Shown here: positions 13,938-27,339 of the stretch, in pieces
Position numbering within the stretch: the first letter of the stretch is position 1
Layout of the letters: every line of letters begins with the position of its first letter
DNA from: Eledone cirrhosa
Taxonomy: Eukaryota
Assembly (NCBI GenBank): GCA_964016885.1
Contig: OZ024750.1
Location: 310,001-374,000 of the forward strand
Direction: 5' to 3'
DNA: 64,000 nucleotides
The notes under the pieces: model-generated
Told to the model about the DNA's origin: nothing
Seen by the model: the letters and a program-made list of their open reading frames with translations, nothing else
Database searches by the model: none
Made by a program: the position numbers and the translations under genes

Positions 13938-14127
13938 CATTGTCTGAAAAGTGCCATCCACCAGGGTAATATTTTTGGATGACCGGTGATGGTTGATAAT
14001 TATGAAGAAGGTGATCAATATTGTGAAGTTTCCGCCAAGCCAAAGAATGAACCAGCATTTCTCTGGCCTTTTCAATATTAAACTGCCGTGCTCGTAGAAA
14101 ACGAAGAATATGTGCATCTTTGGGAAT
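13938..14127 (-). CDS. SEC14L1: SEC14-like 1 coding exon (CRAL-TRIO N-terminal), 190 nt
   Basis: IPKDAHILRFLRARQFNIEKAREMLVHSLAWRK...YYPGGWHFSDN with the LRFLRAR motif; acceptor ttacag, donor gttagt. Confidence 0.95.
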
Positions 14128-14956
14128 CTGTAACAGAAAAAAAAGATATGCAAGAAATGCTATATATAACCAACTTGTAATGTGACAGAAACTGCCAAAT
14201 CACGTTGAGCACCGAAATTCAAAGGTTTTATTTTAGGGTTGGGGACAAGGTAGCATTTAACCCTACTTTCTGTGGTGTTAAATAGCTTCCCACATCTAGT
14301 TAGAATGTTAGTTTATTATGATGACTTTCTAAGAAAATCTAATATCTTATGTCATCAACATCATCGTTATCATTTAATGTTGGTTTGTTTTCATTGCCAG
14401 CAAGGGTTGAACAGATTGTCAAAGACCAAGTCAATACTTAATTGGAACCCCTAAGCTCTCAGACAACCTGGGAACTGAATCTTATTTACATATGTTCCTT
14501 CTCTCTTTAGAGTGTATTGGGTGCATTTTTTCAGGGCAACAGCACTAGGGAGATAGACATGTACTTGACATAACTGAAGAGTCCTCTCTACCATTTGTTT
14601 GTCAAGTTTTCTACAGTTGGATGCCCTTCCTATCACCCACCACTTTAGAGAATGTACTGGGTGTATTTTATCTTGTCATCAACACAAGAGAGGTTGTTGT
14701 GTCCTTGACTGTTGTCATAATTTCATGTAAGAATCTTTGTTAAATTAGGTTCCAAATGCCAGCTTATATTATTAAATCCCTTCAAATTCTTGATTATTTT
14801 CAAAATGATTTGAAAATCATAGGCAGTGTCTTTTATTAGAAATATGGTAATAAAAGTGTTAATAATAATAATAATATCCATAATCTTCTAAGACAGTAGG
14901 AATACAGCCAAGTTAGTATACAGATTTAGATTTTAAAAATAAGAATGTAGAAATTA

Positions 14957-15199
<243 letters not shown>

Positions 15200-15327
15200 C
15201 TAAAAAATATTTTTTTAGGGAAGGTTTTCAACTTGCTCAGAATTATATCTAAAATTCCTGATTTATAAATAAACTATGTTTACAATATTATAATGAAGAA
15301 GGTAAGAGAAAAAAAGAGGAGAAAAAG

Positions 15328-15631
15328 AAATGGGACAGCACCTCTCAACTGTGCCCTGCAGAGATGGCAAAATGGGTCAGTATATTTCAATTGTGCCCTC
15401 CAGAGAAAATGGCAAAATGGGACGGCACATCTCAACTGGACCCTGTAGAGAAGTTGGCAAAACGGGACGGCAAATCTTAGTTGTGCCCTCCAGAGAAGAT
15501 AGCAAAACGGGACGGCAAATCTTAGTTGTGCCCTCCAGAGAAGATAGCAAAATGAGACAGCACATCTCAATTGTACCCTGTAAAGATGGTAAATCTTAGT
15601 TGTGCCTTGCAGAGATGGCAAAATGGGACAA
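15328..15631. repeat. ~43-bp diverged tandem repeat, ~7 copies
   Basis: Recurrent gcaaaatgggac...ttgtgccct.cagaga. Confidence 0.9.
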
Positions 15632-16378
15632 CAACAGTTTGTATCAGTTAAATGCTGCTGAAATACAAATCCTATTCTTGTGTTTAACTGACTTTTCTAA
15701 CTAAGAATTGAAATTTTGTTGCTGATTTTCTAAGGCAAGTTTCTAAAACTTTCCCTATTAGCTGCTAAAAAGAGAAGAAAAGTGCAGAATGTTTGTGAGG
15801 AGAAATAGACAAAAGTCATTAGAATCCATTAGATATAGGACAGTAAACAAACTAACAGACAAACAACAAATTTGTACATGCTGAAATATTAGGTACTGAC
15901 ATTTTAGGAATGTACTAGAGTTAGCAAGACTTCATGTTAGAAATATTGATTTCTTTTTGTTAACTGAGAAACTTGTAATGTTAAAATGTTATATTTGGTG
16001 CACTGTGAAGTCATTAAGTGTCAATTTTTCACAGCAGATTTTTATTGATTTAGTAGAAAAAAAAATGTTTAAGTTAGTTCTTGTGAAATGGCAGAGTCAT
16101 TATAATGTAGATCAAACTATCTGGCAGTATTTGGTGCAGTTCTCTGCACTCTGAGTTCAAATCCTGCTGCAGTCAATATTGCCTTTTATATTTAACTGGC
16201 AGAATAGTTAGAGTATCAGACAGGATTCCTAGCAGCATTTGTTCCAGCTCTTTATGGTCCAGGTTCAAATCCTGTTAAAACCTATTTGGGTGGTGGTAGA
16301 CTTAATGTGTCGATTTAACACCACCAACATAACTTTTGACCCCTTTAGCGGCATATTCAGGCCAGATAGCTGGTTTCG

Positions 16379-16792
16379 CCCTTTCATGGCTGCATTTCTC
16401 ATGAAATACATTCTATTTTAATTAATGAAATTTTTTTAGAGATTTACTAAAGTTATTCATTGTTTCATTACTAAGATAATTGTTTCTATATTTGGCACAA
16501 GGCCAGCAGATACCCCAGTGCATTACTGGTACTTTGTTTTATTGCCCCCGTAAGGATGAAAGGCAAAGTTAACCTCAGCGGGATTTGAACTCAGACCATA
16601 AACAGTCGTAACTCTATACTGCAAAGCATGGCGTGCGACCCCCTACCAATACTGCCAATCCACCTTACTTAATGTAAGGTTCTTACACAAAATTATGTTG
16701 GAAGATTTTAATCTAAATTGAAAACTTAAAATTCTTGATTAATTAATTGAAATAGAGTGTATTTCATTAGAAATATGGCCATGAAAGGATTA
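16379..16792. mobile_element. piggyBac-like MITE containing an S1 SINE (16477-16663, -)
   Basis: Inverted ends cctttcatggc...tttct.atgaaataca / tgtatttcattagaaatatggccatgaaagg. Confidence 0.65.
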
Positions 16793-16845
16793 AAATAGAG
16801 ATAGAACTGGTTTTGGGGTGGAGTTAGTATTAAAAGAGTTATCAT

Positions 16846-17184
16846 CACCATCATCATCATTTTACGTCCGCTTTTCCCTGCTTGCAAGGGTGGGACGTGA
16901 ACTGATTCTGGCTTGATTGCTACAGCTGGATGCCCTTCCTAACACCAACCTCATTTACAGTGAGTGCTGGGTGCTTTTTTGTTGTGGCACCTCCACGACC
17001 ACTTTGCAGTGGAATGATAGGAAGCCCTGTCCCTATCATCTCATTTCTACAGCTGAGTAAACTGGAGCAATGTGAAATAAAGTGTCTTGTTCAAGGAAAC
17101 AACACATCACCCGGTCTGAGAATTGAACTCACAACCTTTCGATTGCAAGGCCAATGCTCTAACTACTAAGTCATGTGCCTCCAT
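16846..17184 (-). mobile_element. tRNA-derived SINE family S2 with RTE-B tail
   Basis: tRNA-like head, CORE-like middle, 3' end gtcccacccttgcaagcagggaaaagcggacgtaaaatgatg identical to the RTE tail at ~57196-57240. Confidence 0.9.
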
Positions 17185-17222
17185 GCTAATGAAGAACAAA
17201 ATAAAGATATACTGCTACTTAC

Positions 17223-17276
17223 TTTTATTTTTCTTGTCAACTTCGTTACAAGTGTCGTCAGCCTGCACTCTGTTAT
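17223..17276 (-). CDS. SEC14L1: SEC14-like 1 small linker exon, 54 nt, phase 1-1
   Basis: Acceptor tctttcag, donor gtaagt, open in the required phase: (D)NRVQADDTCNEVDKKNK; no homology support, splice signals only. Confidence 0.7.
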
Positions 17277-17395
17277 CTGAAAGATCAGAATAGGAATAAT
17301 TAACTATTGTGAATCTGAATAATGACCACCACCAAATGCACTGGATTTCAAAAGGTTACTAAGAAGAAATACTCTAATATAAAAAGAATACAAAC

Positions 17396-17618
17396 CTTCA
17401 GCATTTTTCGATGTTCCTTCTGTTTGATTGTAAAGTGAAGTAGCATCAGATGTACAACAAATATCAGCATCTTGGCAGCTGAGTGCTTCCACCCCTTTTG
17501 CCACACCTGAACACTCCCCTAAGCTCTTTCTCTCCTTCTGAGTCTCTGTCCAAGGAGGTATATATGTAATATTCTCCTTCAATAATTCGTTGATGTAATA
17601 CTCTATTACTTCTTTACC
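17396..17618 (-). CDS. SEC14L1: SEC14-like 1 coding exon (end of PRELI + linker), 223 nt, phase 0-1
   Basis: GKEVIEYYINELLKENITYIPPW...TSKNAE; acceptor ttccag, donor GAAG|gtttg; lies in ORF 17304..17669. Confidence 0.88.
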
Positions 17619-18209
17619 CTGGAACATACCAAACAGATATTGAATCAAATTCATCATCATCATCATCATCTTCGTTTAACGTCCATTTTCCACGCTAGCA
17701 TGGGTTAGAATCAAATTAAATACAATATATCACACAACCTGCAAATATAATAAAAACACACACACAGACTTGCCACATATATACACACACTTGACACACA
17801 GACTTGTCCTACATTACAGTAATGCAGAGGACAGGAAGACATGCAAAAACTGGGGCTTGTCCAGCCACTTCCTCTTTGCACCGGTCGCCATCACAACCAG
17901 CGATTAAATCTCTTCAAATTTTTCTTCTTCTTCAGCTATTTATTTACTTATTCCTGAGAGGGTTGAGGGGGAAGAGTTCTCAAATTTTCCTTCCAGCAGA
18001 TCTTGTCAGAAGCAACTGTCTCCATATGATCCAGCTGGATCCCCAAGTGAGACTAGCCAAGCTCATGGATGTTATCCAACCATCTTGCTCAGAGTCTATC
18101 TCTGGGTCTCCTGCCAGTTGTTTTGCCCGTAAAATCAATCCATAATTTCAAAATTAATTAAAATAGATGATTAGTCTATTTCATTAGAAATATGATTATC
18201 AAAGGGTTA

Positions 18210-18359
<150 letters not shown>

Positions 18360-18992
18360 TCATAGGTAAAAGAATAAAACATTAAACTTGACAATATTAC
18401 AAAGTATCTACATGTATGTATATGAGCTCTTCTAAATTCCAAAAATAAATCCTTATTAGAAAAGTTAGTGAATTAAAAAAAATTTATTTTAGAACAGAAA
18501 CTTCTACAAGACACATTTGAACCAACTATTGAAATGCAATGGGAAGTTTTGACTTCTGGTGTTGGCATAAATATTACATAAAGGAACATCAACTTTAAAT
18601 GAATGAGTCCAAGCTGCCAATCTGGTGCTCCATATAAAAACTCGTGATTATGACGCAACAAAGAGAAAAGCTCATCAGATCAATTCCCAAGAGAGGACAG
18701 GTCAGAATGACCCGTCTTGTTCATACATTCCATTGAATAAAATTTACCTCAAAGGATAGAAATCAGTGGCTAGAAGTGTGTTGGCTCGGAGAAGTGATAG
18801 GAAGAAAGGAGAAAAGGAATAAAATGGACAAGAGGAGATCACACAAACATTTAAATATACTCATCAGCTTTTAGACTGTCTGTGGTTTCAACGATTTAAC
18901 TAAAAAGAATAAATTTATTTTTTTAATTTCTGTCACTATTTTCAGTTTATTCCTATCAATTAACTTTTGTTAAATATGTAAAGAAATCTTAC

Positions 18993-19124
18993 TGAATAAT
19001 AGCACTGCTCTTTAACAGTAACTCTGGATGAAAAGCTTTCGTTGTATGCTTCAATTTTTAAGGTGCGGTTGCAGCGATCCAAGGTGTTAAGTTGCATAAA
19101 ATAGACATAGTCAACACTAGCAAG
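18993..19124 (-). CDS. SEC14L1: SEC14-like 1 coding exon (PRELI), 132 nt
   Basis: LASVDYVYFMQLNTLDRCNRTLKIEAYNESFSSRVTVKEQCYYS; acceptor ctcttttcag, donor gtaag; absent from the ORF track, read by hand. Confidence 0.93.
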
Positions 19125-20542
19125 CTGAAAAGAGAAAGAAGAAAAGGTAAAAAACTATTATGAATAACAATGTATACAATAAATATCTTCATTTCTTACT
19201 ACTACCCACATATATTGTAAACACCAAAGTTACATTGATACAAGCAGGACAAATGTACAATATACTCTATAATTGGGAAAAAAAACCCACTGAAATGATG
19301 ATGATGATGATGGCAATGATGAAGATGATGGTAATGGTGATGGCAATGATGATGATAATGACAATGATGATGCCGATGACTTGAATTGTTCCAAACTCAG
19401 TGGTGAGGAGATACATCTTGGAAAATATAGAATATGTAATCTTATTTTATTCGTGTCTCTAAGAAGGAAGCCTTCCTAAAGACTTAGTTCTCATTAATAA
19501 ATCAGAAACATGATTTAAAGAGCTGCACAAATTTTGTCCTAATCCACATTTTGTAAATTCCTGCAAAGTTACATTATTGAATTTGTTTTGCACGAATCTT
19601 GATACAAACTCCTGTGTTGAAACAGATCTTGTTATACTTTGGAAGGGTCATACTGCCAATAAAAACACTGGTGGAGTTTTACTTCAATCAAACAAGCATC
19701 CAGTCACTAAACCAACCAAGAAAGAAACTCTCAGGAGAGCTGGAGTGTGAGTGACTGGTTACAGCCAGTTTGAACAGAAAGAGGTGAAAGAATTCTGGCC
19801 AGGTTTAAATGCTAAATGTATATAGAGTTTCACAGTTAATTATATTCATACATATAGAAAGAAAATAAAAGCACAATTGCTCAGTTTTTATTTTATTTTG
19901 GTTCTTTCTTTATTTATTTTTTTTGTTTTCTTTCTCTAATTTTTTAAAATTAATTGCACCAATAAACAGACTTTGTGTTTAACTTTGCCATTTATTTTGG
20001 TCTTCTCTGCTTTTAGTTCATTTGGAAAAACCACATAGAGATCAGTGGACCATAAACAAATGCTTCTAATGAAGGTGTTTCCTATAAAAAAAATGTATTT
20101 TTAATTACAAGTTTTGCTTGTTGGTTTGGGGAAACCACCTATTTTCAGTATAAAGCTGGTCTTATGTTAAGTAGGTTGTTGTTGCACCTGTTACAACAAT
20201 AGCCTTTCTTCTACAGATGCTAAATTAAACTCTTAACATCCTGTAACAGTTTAGTAGAACATATTTTAAAACCGGTTTGATAATTCAAATGTCTATAGTA
20301 TATAAACATTTGGATATCTTTTAAAACCTTCCGAAGCATACATTGGATTCCTCCCATACAGAGTCCCTCTTTCAATCTGCCCATGTTATATATCCAATAA
20401 GTGAATCTGAGAGGGGAATATATTGAATAAAATCATAATTAACTGATCCTCTTGTATTTTTTTTTACCCAAAGCCAGGAACTTTTCAGCAGCCCCACATA
20501 CTTGGATGTGTATATACACATGTATATATGTGTATGTGTGTG

Positions 20543-20865
20543 TCATCATTTCATTTTACGTCCACTTTTCCCTGCTTGCAAGGGTGGGACGGGAACTGAT
20601 TCTGGGTTGATTTCTACAGCTGGATGCCCTTCCTAACACCAACCTCATTTACAGTGAGTGCTGGGTGCTTTTTTTTTTCCGTGGCGCCTCCACGACCACT
20701 TTGCAGTGGAATGATAGGGACCCCAGTCCCTATCATCTCATTTCTACAGCTGAGTGAACTGGAGCAATGTGAAATAAAGTGTCTTGCTCAAGGAAACAAC
20801 ACATCACCCGGTCTGAGAATTGAACTCACAACCTTTCGGTTGCAAGTCCAATGCTCTAACCACTA

Positions 20866-20867
<2 letters not shown>
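20543..20867 (-). mobile_element. SINE family S2 copy, abutting (GT)n at 20868-20954
   Basis: Highly similar to 16846-17184 over its full length. Confidence 0.9.
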
Positions 20868-20957
<90 letters not shown>

Positions 20958-21210
20958 ATATCAAAATAAAGGTTCGAAGGCATGGATTAAATTTCCAAAC
21001 ATTTTAATCACGACACATGTTTCAATGAGAGATATATCCTTTTACATCATAATACTCCGTTTTACATCATCTAGCTGTTCCCATAAATGGAATTGGAGAT
21101 ATACAAAAGCGTGGAGAACTTAATATTGCTAACAAAAATTTTATTGGACCGTTTGAAACAACCAATAATACACCTTACTGTATATATGTATATATATATA
21201 TATATATATA

Positions 21211-21266
21211 CGACCCGTCCCACCCTTGCAAGCAGGGAAAAGCGGACGTAAAATGATGATGATGAT

Positions 21267-21268
<2 letters not shown>
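21211..21268 (+). mobile_element. Tail-only RTE-B insertion in a (TA)n tract
   Basis: gacccgtcccacccttgcaagcagggaaaagcggacgtaaaatgatgatg identical to 57191-57241. Confidence 0.85.
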
Positions 21269-21326
<58 letters not shown>

Positions 21327-21887
21327 ACACAAAACAAGGATGTACTTGGATGTGTGAAAATTCACACACACCCACATGAGTTAGTGTGTACAAGTGTGTC
21401 TAAATATACACATATTTCTAAAAAGGAAGCCAAATGACTGTAAAAGTAATTTTCTGTGACTCAGACTTCAGTTCTTTAGTCCACAACTTGAGAACATCAA
21501 AGTGAAAGAAGCTGTAACCACTTCAGTCAAATGGAAGTCATTAAAATAAAAATTCATTTACAACAAAATTGCAATTATTACTACTACTACTAATAATAAT
21601 AATGATGATTTCATTTATTGGCCACAAGGGCCGACATATAGGGGACAATACAAAAGACTGGGACAATGGGGTTTTACAGAAAAATCGAGTAAACAATATG
21701 AATAACAATAACAAAGTAACAATAACAAAGTAACAATAACAAAGTAACAATAACAAAGTAACAAGAAAATTACAAGAAAAAATTCCCCAATAGGGGGGAT
21801 GACCACCTAGGGTTCGCTCAGGTACCCCACCAGTCCTGAACGACACGACGTTTCGAGAGCACCCCTCTCCTCTTCAAATTTACCTAC

Positions 21888-24800
21888 CTACAGCCGCATG
21901 ACCAGAGTAGGCCCACTCACACGGGCCATTCTCGCCACATTCACCCACCTTTCAGCAAATGTACTGGGGGGCAGCACTTCTCTCTCCACCCTCACCTTCC
22001 TTTCCAAGTGAAACTTGAAAAAGTTGATAAGGGATTGGCCGAAGAGAAAAGTGTCTGTCTTCAGTCCTTTCAACCTCGTCCACCATACAACCTCTTTCGC
22101 TACTGCCACCAGACAGAGGAAAATTGCCTGCCCTTCCTGGCCAAAAGAAGGCGGCGGGTAGATCTTCACTATGGACTCGGCCGATAGCCGGATCCGTTCT
22201 ACACGCGACAACAGCTGCTCAACATAACTCCACAAGTCAGTAATGCACGGACACTGGACGAGTGCGTGCAGAACGGTTTCGTTGCTCTGTGCACATCTCG
22301 GGCAGGTCCGCCTGACAGCACTACCGTGCCTGTAGAGTTTATCTCGAACCAGCAGTGCCCCCCAGTAGCACTGCCAAGCGAGGGATTTTTGGAAATTATC
22401 CATCATCCCCTGCTCGAAAGTCCTCCGGTACAGACTGGTTAGTTCGACTTCGTTGACTCCCAGAGCCTCTCCGAGTGCGTCGTCGCACTTGCCCACCACT
22501 AATCCCCTATAGAACTCGAGAGTGGAAGTTCCACTGACCACATTGCCCGCCTGCTAGAAGGCAGTGAGTGCCTGGCAACATTCCAGATGCCAGTCACCCA
22601 GTCTCGGTCTCTTCTTGACCCAGGACTGCAACTCAGTCAAAGAAACGAGCTGCGGAAAGGCCCATCTGACAAACGGCGACCACACCTGTTCACCGTTTAG
22701 GCAGAATATCTGGAGATGCCGCAGCCTCAGTGCGTGCCTGCGCTTCATTAGCCACGGCATGCCCAGCCCTCCACGTAGAGAGTGCTGGCAGCAGATGGAC
22801 CGCCTCACCAGCGGAACCTGACCCCTCCACAAGAATTTGAAGAGGAGCCGCTCCAAGATGGCGAAGCGCGAACGGGGGCAAGGGACGATAGTCAGACGGT
22901 AGTAGAGGACGGACGCGATGTACGCGTACGCCACCTCCGCCCGACCTTTCAGTGATAGCTTCATCCCAGCCCATTTCTGGGTGAGACTGACTACCCTGCC
23001 CGTCACCTCGTCCCAATTCTAATCCACCTGGAGATCTGGCCCAAACCAAACTCCTAGCAACTTTGCTGGTCCGTCCGTCCAGTGCCTAACGACGCTGTTG
23101 GACGGCATGGACTTGCCTCTCCAGGTGCCAAGTTGCAAGCCCACTGACTTTTCCGGGTTAAGTTTTGCTCCCGTCAACCTTTCATATTCCCCCAATAAGT
23201 TGCCGACCACCTCGATTTCTGAGGTGTCCGACACCATCACGGTGATATCGTCCGCATAAGCCGACACAGCCTTTCCGCGTCCCGGTTCAAGCGGGATGCC
23301 CTGCAACAGCTCCAGCTTCCGCAGTAAAGGCTCGAGAGTCAATACGTACAGAAGGGAGGAGAGAGGGCACCCTTGACGGAGCGATCGGGAGACCTGAAAC
23401 GGTTCCGAGAGGTGGTCTTTAATTTTGACCATCGAGCAGGTGCCGCTGTGCATTGCAGCGATCCAGCTTCTGAAGACGGGGCCGAAGCCAGCCGCCTTGA
23501 GGACAGCCTTCAGGTACCGATGGTCGACCCTTTCGAATGCTTTCGATTGATCTAAATTGATCAGAGCTCCACTGAAGCCAGGTTTACACCCTACCCTCTC
23601 TATGATGTATCACATTAGGTGGAGGTTGTCGTGTTTGGACCTGGTTGGGATTGCGCAAGTTTGCGCCTCCCCAACCAAATCCCCAACGACAAGCGCCAAC
23701 CTCTTCGCTAACACCCTGGCCAAAATCTTAAACTCTGTGTTGAGCAGAGTTATGGGCCTGAAATTGTCTGTGTCCCTCTTGTTCTCGTCTTTCCTTATCA
23801 GCGTCACTACGCCCCGGCTCACAGAACTGGGAATACTCCCGTTTTGCTGCCAGTTGCAGTAGAGGGCTTCGAGGAGATTGTAGAACAAGCCTGGCATATT
23901 TACGTATAGCTCGTAGGGCAGACCATCCAAACCAGGTGACTTGCGCCTCATGCAGCCGACAAGGGCATCCTGAATCTCGGCTGAAGTAATTGGCCTTTCG
24001 CAGTGCTCAGCATCAGCCGTCGACAGTTGCGGCAAGCCATCGAGGTAGGGACTGAAGTCCGCCACCATCTCTGACCCGCCACTTCCCCCGAAGAACTGAG
24101 CAAAATGTTGGCGAAAGACCTCACACAGCCTCTTGGAATCGCTCAGCTCGTGCCCGTCTCGGTTCGTCAAAGACCGAATTGTGGTTTTATTTCCACGCTG
24201 CGCCTCTGCCACGCGGGCCCATCGAACAGCTTTGGTTCCCTCGTTTCTCAGAGCACACGCCTTAGCTCTGACAATGCAACCTTCGTGTTTCGCATTGAAG
24301 AAATGGTCTAATGCCATTCTCGCCGCTAGCACATCAGTTGCAATGCCACTACAAATAGCCTCGTCTAACTTATCTACCAACTCCCCCTCCTTTCTATTTT
24401 TCTCTAATGCTACTTCTTTGCTAAACTCTATCGACATTACTCTAATCACTCTTTTGAGAGCCCCCCACCATCTATTGTTGACGACTCCCCCTGTCAACTT
24501 TTTCTTAACTAAATTGTTGACCTGGTCCCTGTAAGCCTTACGTGCCGGAAATGACATGTTTAGCTTCCAGTAACCAGGTCCTAACCTACGCGTCTTATCT
24601 AGGTCGACCATACAGATCACAAACTTGTGATCTGAATAGGCGACCGTTTCAAAACGTGGACAGCTTACACTATTTCTGTCTATTTTCCTAATGAATATCC
24701 TGTCTATATACGATCTAGATGACCCTATGCGGTTAACGCAGGTCCACACTGGCGCATTAGGGAAATCTAGTCGGTACCTGTCAGACAGTTGGAACTGGCT

Positions 24801-25307
24801 GATCAGATTCTTGAGGCTTTTGCACCCCCCGCTCCTATCGGATACTCCCACACAGTCCCAGCGTGCGTCTAAGATGCCGTTCCAGTCCCCCGCTAACAGT
24901 AAAGGGTGAGACGTACCCAGAAAGGCTTCCAGGCGTCTAAAGAAGTCCAGCCGTCCTGTCCCAGTAGGAGCATAGACGGCCACCAGTCTAAAGGCACCAC
25001 CTTCATTATTGTTCACGTCCAGGACCACCAACTTCCTGTCCGGGTCCCGGAAGATCGACCTTACCTCGAGATCCAGGCCTTTCCTAAACAGCACTGCCAC
25101 CCCGCCTCCCATTCCCAGCCGGCTAACAGATGCAAAGATCTAATAGTCGTCGAAAATGGGGGCTAGTACGCGTGTGTCGGAAATCCTGGTCTCGCTGACT
25201 GCAATTACATCCATTTCTATAGACCTGAAGTCGTTAAGCAGGTGACCCTGCTTCCAGGACGATCCCAGGCCTCGAACATTTAAACATCCTGCTCTTAATA
25301 CAGCCAT
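21888..25307 (-). pseudogene. Tx1 ORF2 (APE endonuclease + RT + C-terminal CxxC..HxxxxC), 1140 codons with 4 in-frame stops
   Basis: MAVLRAGCLNVRGL..VSETR, LAGDWN, SYIDRIF, YSDHK, PGYWKLN, KSPGLDGLPYELY, FRPITLLN, RQGCPLS, AYADD, CPRC..ETVLHALVQC; stops at 25140, 23610, 23019 and 22554, all in one frame. Confidence 0.92.
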
Positions 25308-25338
25308 GTTGGCAGGTTAAACAGAGAGCTAGGAAGGT

Positions 25339-27339
25339 TTACTTACCTTCCGGGCTCTTGTGAAGGTCGGGTTGTTCGACCTCCATAGTTAGTGGGATTT
25401 CTTTTGGGAACCCCTTTAAAAGTCTTGAAGTGGGTTTTACGTTCGGGGTTCCCACATCCCGAGGAAAGCTGTCTCGTATTTCTTTGAATATGTCGAGCGA
25501 CATTCGCACCAGAACCAAATCTTCCGGCATGCGAAATGTGCTCGATTTAAAAATTTCCCCCTCTTTTTGTATATTTTCACTTCGTGCTACGAGGGCCATC
25601 AGTTCCTTATTGGCCCTCCTGACGAGCACGAAGTTTTGTATGTTTTGTTGGTGTGATTTTATTTGTTTGCGTGGCTGTGGTGGTGATGGTTTTGGTGGTG
25701 TTGTTTCGGTTGTATCTGTGTTTGTTGTGTGTGCGGTGTCTGTGGTTTCAGATGTTTGTGTGTATATGTGTTCTTGTGTCTGTTTCGGTTGTTTGCGTTT
25801 GGAGGATTCTGATGATGGTGGTGTTGATGTTGGTGTTATTGGAGAGATGTTTGCGTGGGTGGTGTCTGCGTTTTTTATTGTGGGTGCTTTTGTGCTTTGT
25901 TGAGTTTTTTTTTTCTTTTTGTTTCCTTTTTTGTATTTTGGGGGGTTTGGGATTTCCCTCATTTTCACTACTGGTAGATGAGGGGGTCTGTGTCTGTAAG
26001 TGTGTCTGTATGTATGTTTATGGTTTTATTGGTGTGTGTATTTTGGGGGGGAGGGGGAATTTGACAGCTTTCCTCGTTTCCCCCCTGGGTGGTCAATGTT
26101 GGTGGTGGTCTTTCTATTGGTGTTGTTGTTGGTGGTTTTGCCGGTGCTGGTGTTGGTTGTGGTCCTCGCCCCGGCGTCGGCAGCGGTGGAGCCTTTTGAC
26201 CCCTTGCCTCTTTCAGCAGTTGAGGGCAGAAGGCTCGCAAATGAGTTTTTTCCCCACAAACAAAACACTGCGGCCTTTTGCCTTCAGTCATAATGTGAAT
26301 GACCGTCCCATTCTGAAGGCGGATGTGGTCCGGGATTGTCTTCACATTCTCGGGCCTGATCTGGAGAAGGATCTCCAGGTCAACCCCGGACCAGTCCTCT
26401 CTGGCCGTTCTGGTCACTTCTATAGGGACTGTATCCGTCCCCTCCACAATCACACATCCCAGAAGCCACCACATGTCAAGTCCTGGTGGGATTCTGGGAA
26501 TGTGGAGACGGGCCGTTCTTTTTCCCATGTGGGAGGGGTACATTATGACCTTGTTGGTTTTGCAAGGAGTCATAGCGTGTTTCATAGCGAGGGCTTCTGA
26601 TTTGAACAACACCGAAATGGTGCCATACTGTCATGTACTGGGTGTCTCTCTATGTACTGGGTGTCTTCTCTGATGCACCTCAGCGCGACTTCGACATCTT
26701 CTTGTGGGATTAAGTCTGCCCTTTTCGTTTGTGCTGAGATGCATCTATAATGCACCGTTCTGCGCTCCACTGCCTCAATAGCTTCTACCGGGACAGTTAA
26801 GTTGGCCCAGGTTTGCTCTTGCTTGATGAGCTTCCATGCCTGGGCCAACTTTTCATCTTTGTTTGAGAGGTCTATGTTGAAGCATGGCCTCTTTTTTGCT
26901 GCTGCCGCAGCGAAAGTGTTCTTCATGTTTTCGTTGGGGGTTTTGTTGTCGTTGTTCTTGTTTGTGTTGTTGTTAGCACTGTCGCTGTTATCATTGTTGT
27001 CTTTGTTGCCATCGTTGTTCTCGGTGCAGTTGGTATTGTTGGTGTTGTCGCTATTTGTTTTCATGTTAGTGGTGTTGATATTGTTGTTGTACTTGTTATT
27101 TTTTTTTTGTTATCTGTATTTTCGTTGTCGCTGTTACTGTCATTTTTTTCAAAATTAGTGTTCTTATTGGTATCATTGGTGTCTTTGTTTACCTTGTTTG
27201 TGGTGGTGTTTGTGTTATCAATGTGTGTTAATTTCGCTGTAGCGCTCCTCTCAACTTCTACGTCGTTGTCGCACGACAGCCGACATATCGCTGGGGGGGG
27301 CTCAGCCATGTTTTTTTTTCTTCGTAAATTTTTTAACAT
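25339..27339 (-). pseudogene. Tx1 ORF1 (gag-like), about 3 frameshifts
   Basis: Chained ORFs 27061..27339, 26582..27064, 25968..26612 and 25339..25968; zinc knuckle CFVCGEKTHLRAFC; N/T- and P-rich low-complexity segments. Confidence 0.8.

Noticed and set aside
21888-25307. Idea that the four Tx1 ORF2 stops are repaired by A-to-I editing to Trp
   Set aside because: The contexts (HLM*YII, QVD*NW) suggest original Arg or Lys codons, so ordinary point mutation is the simpler explanation.
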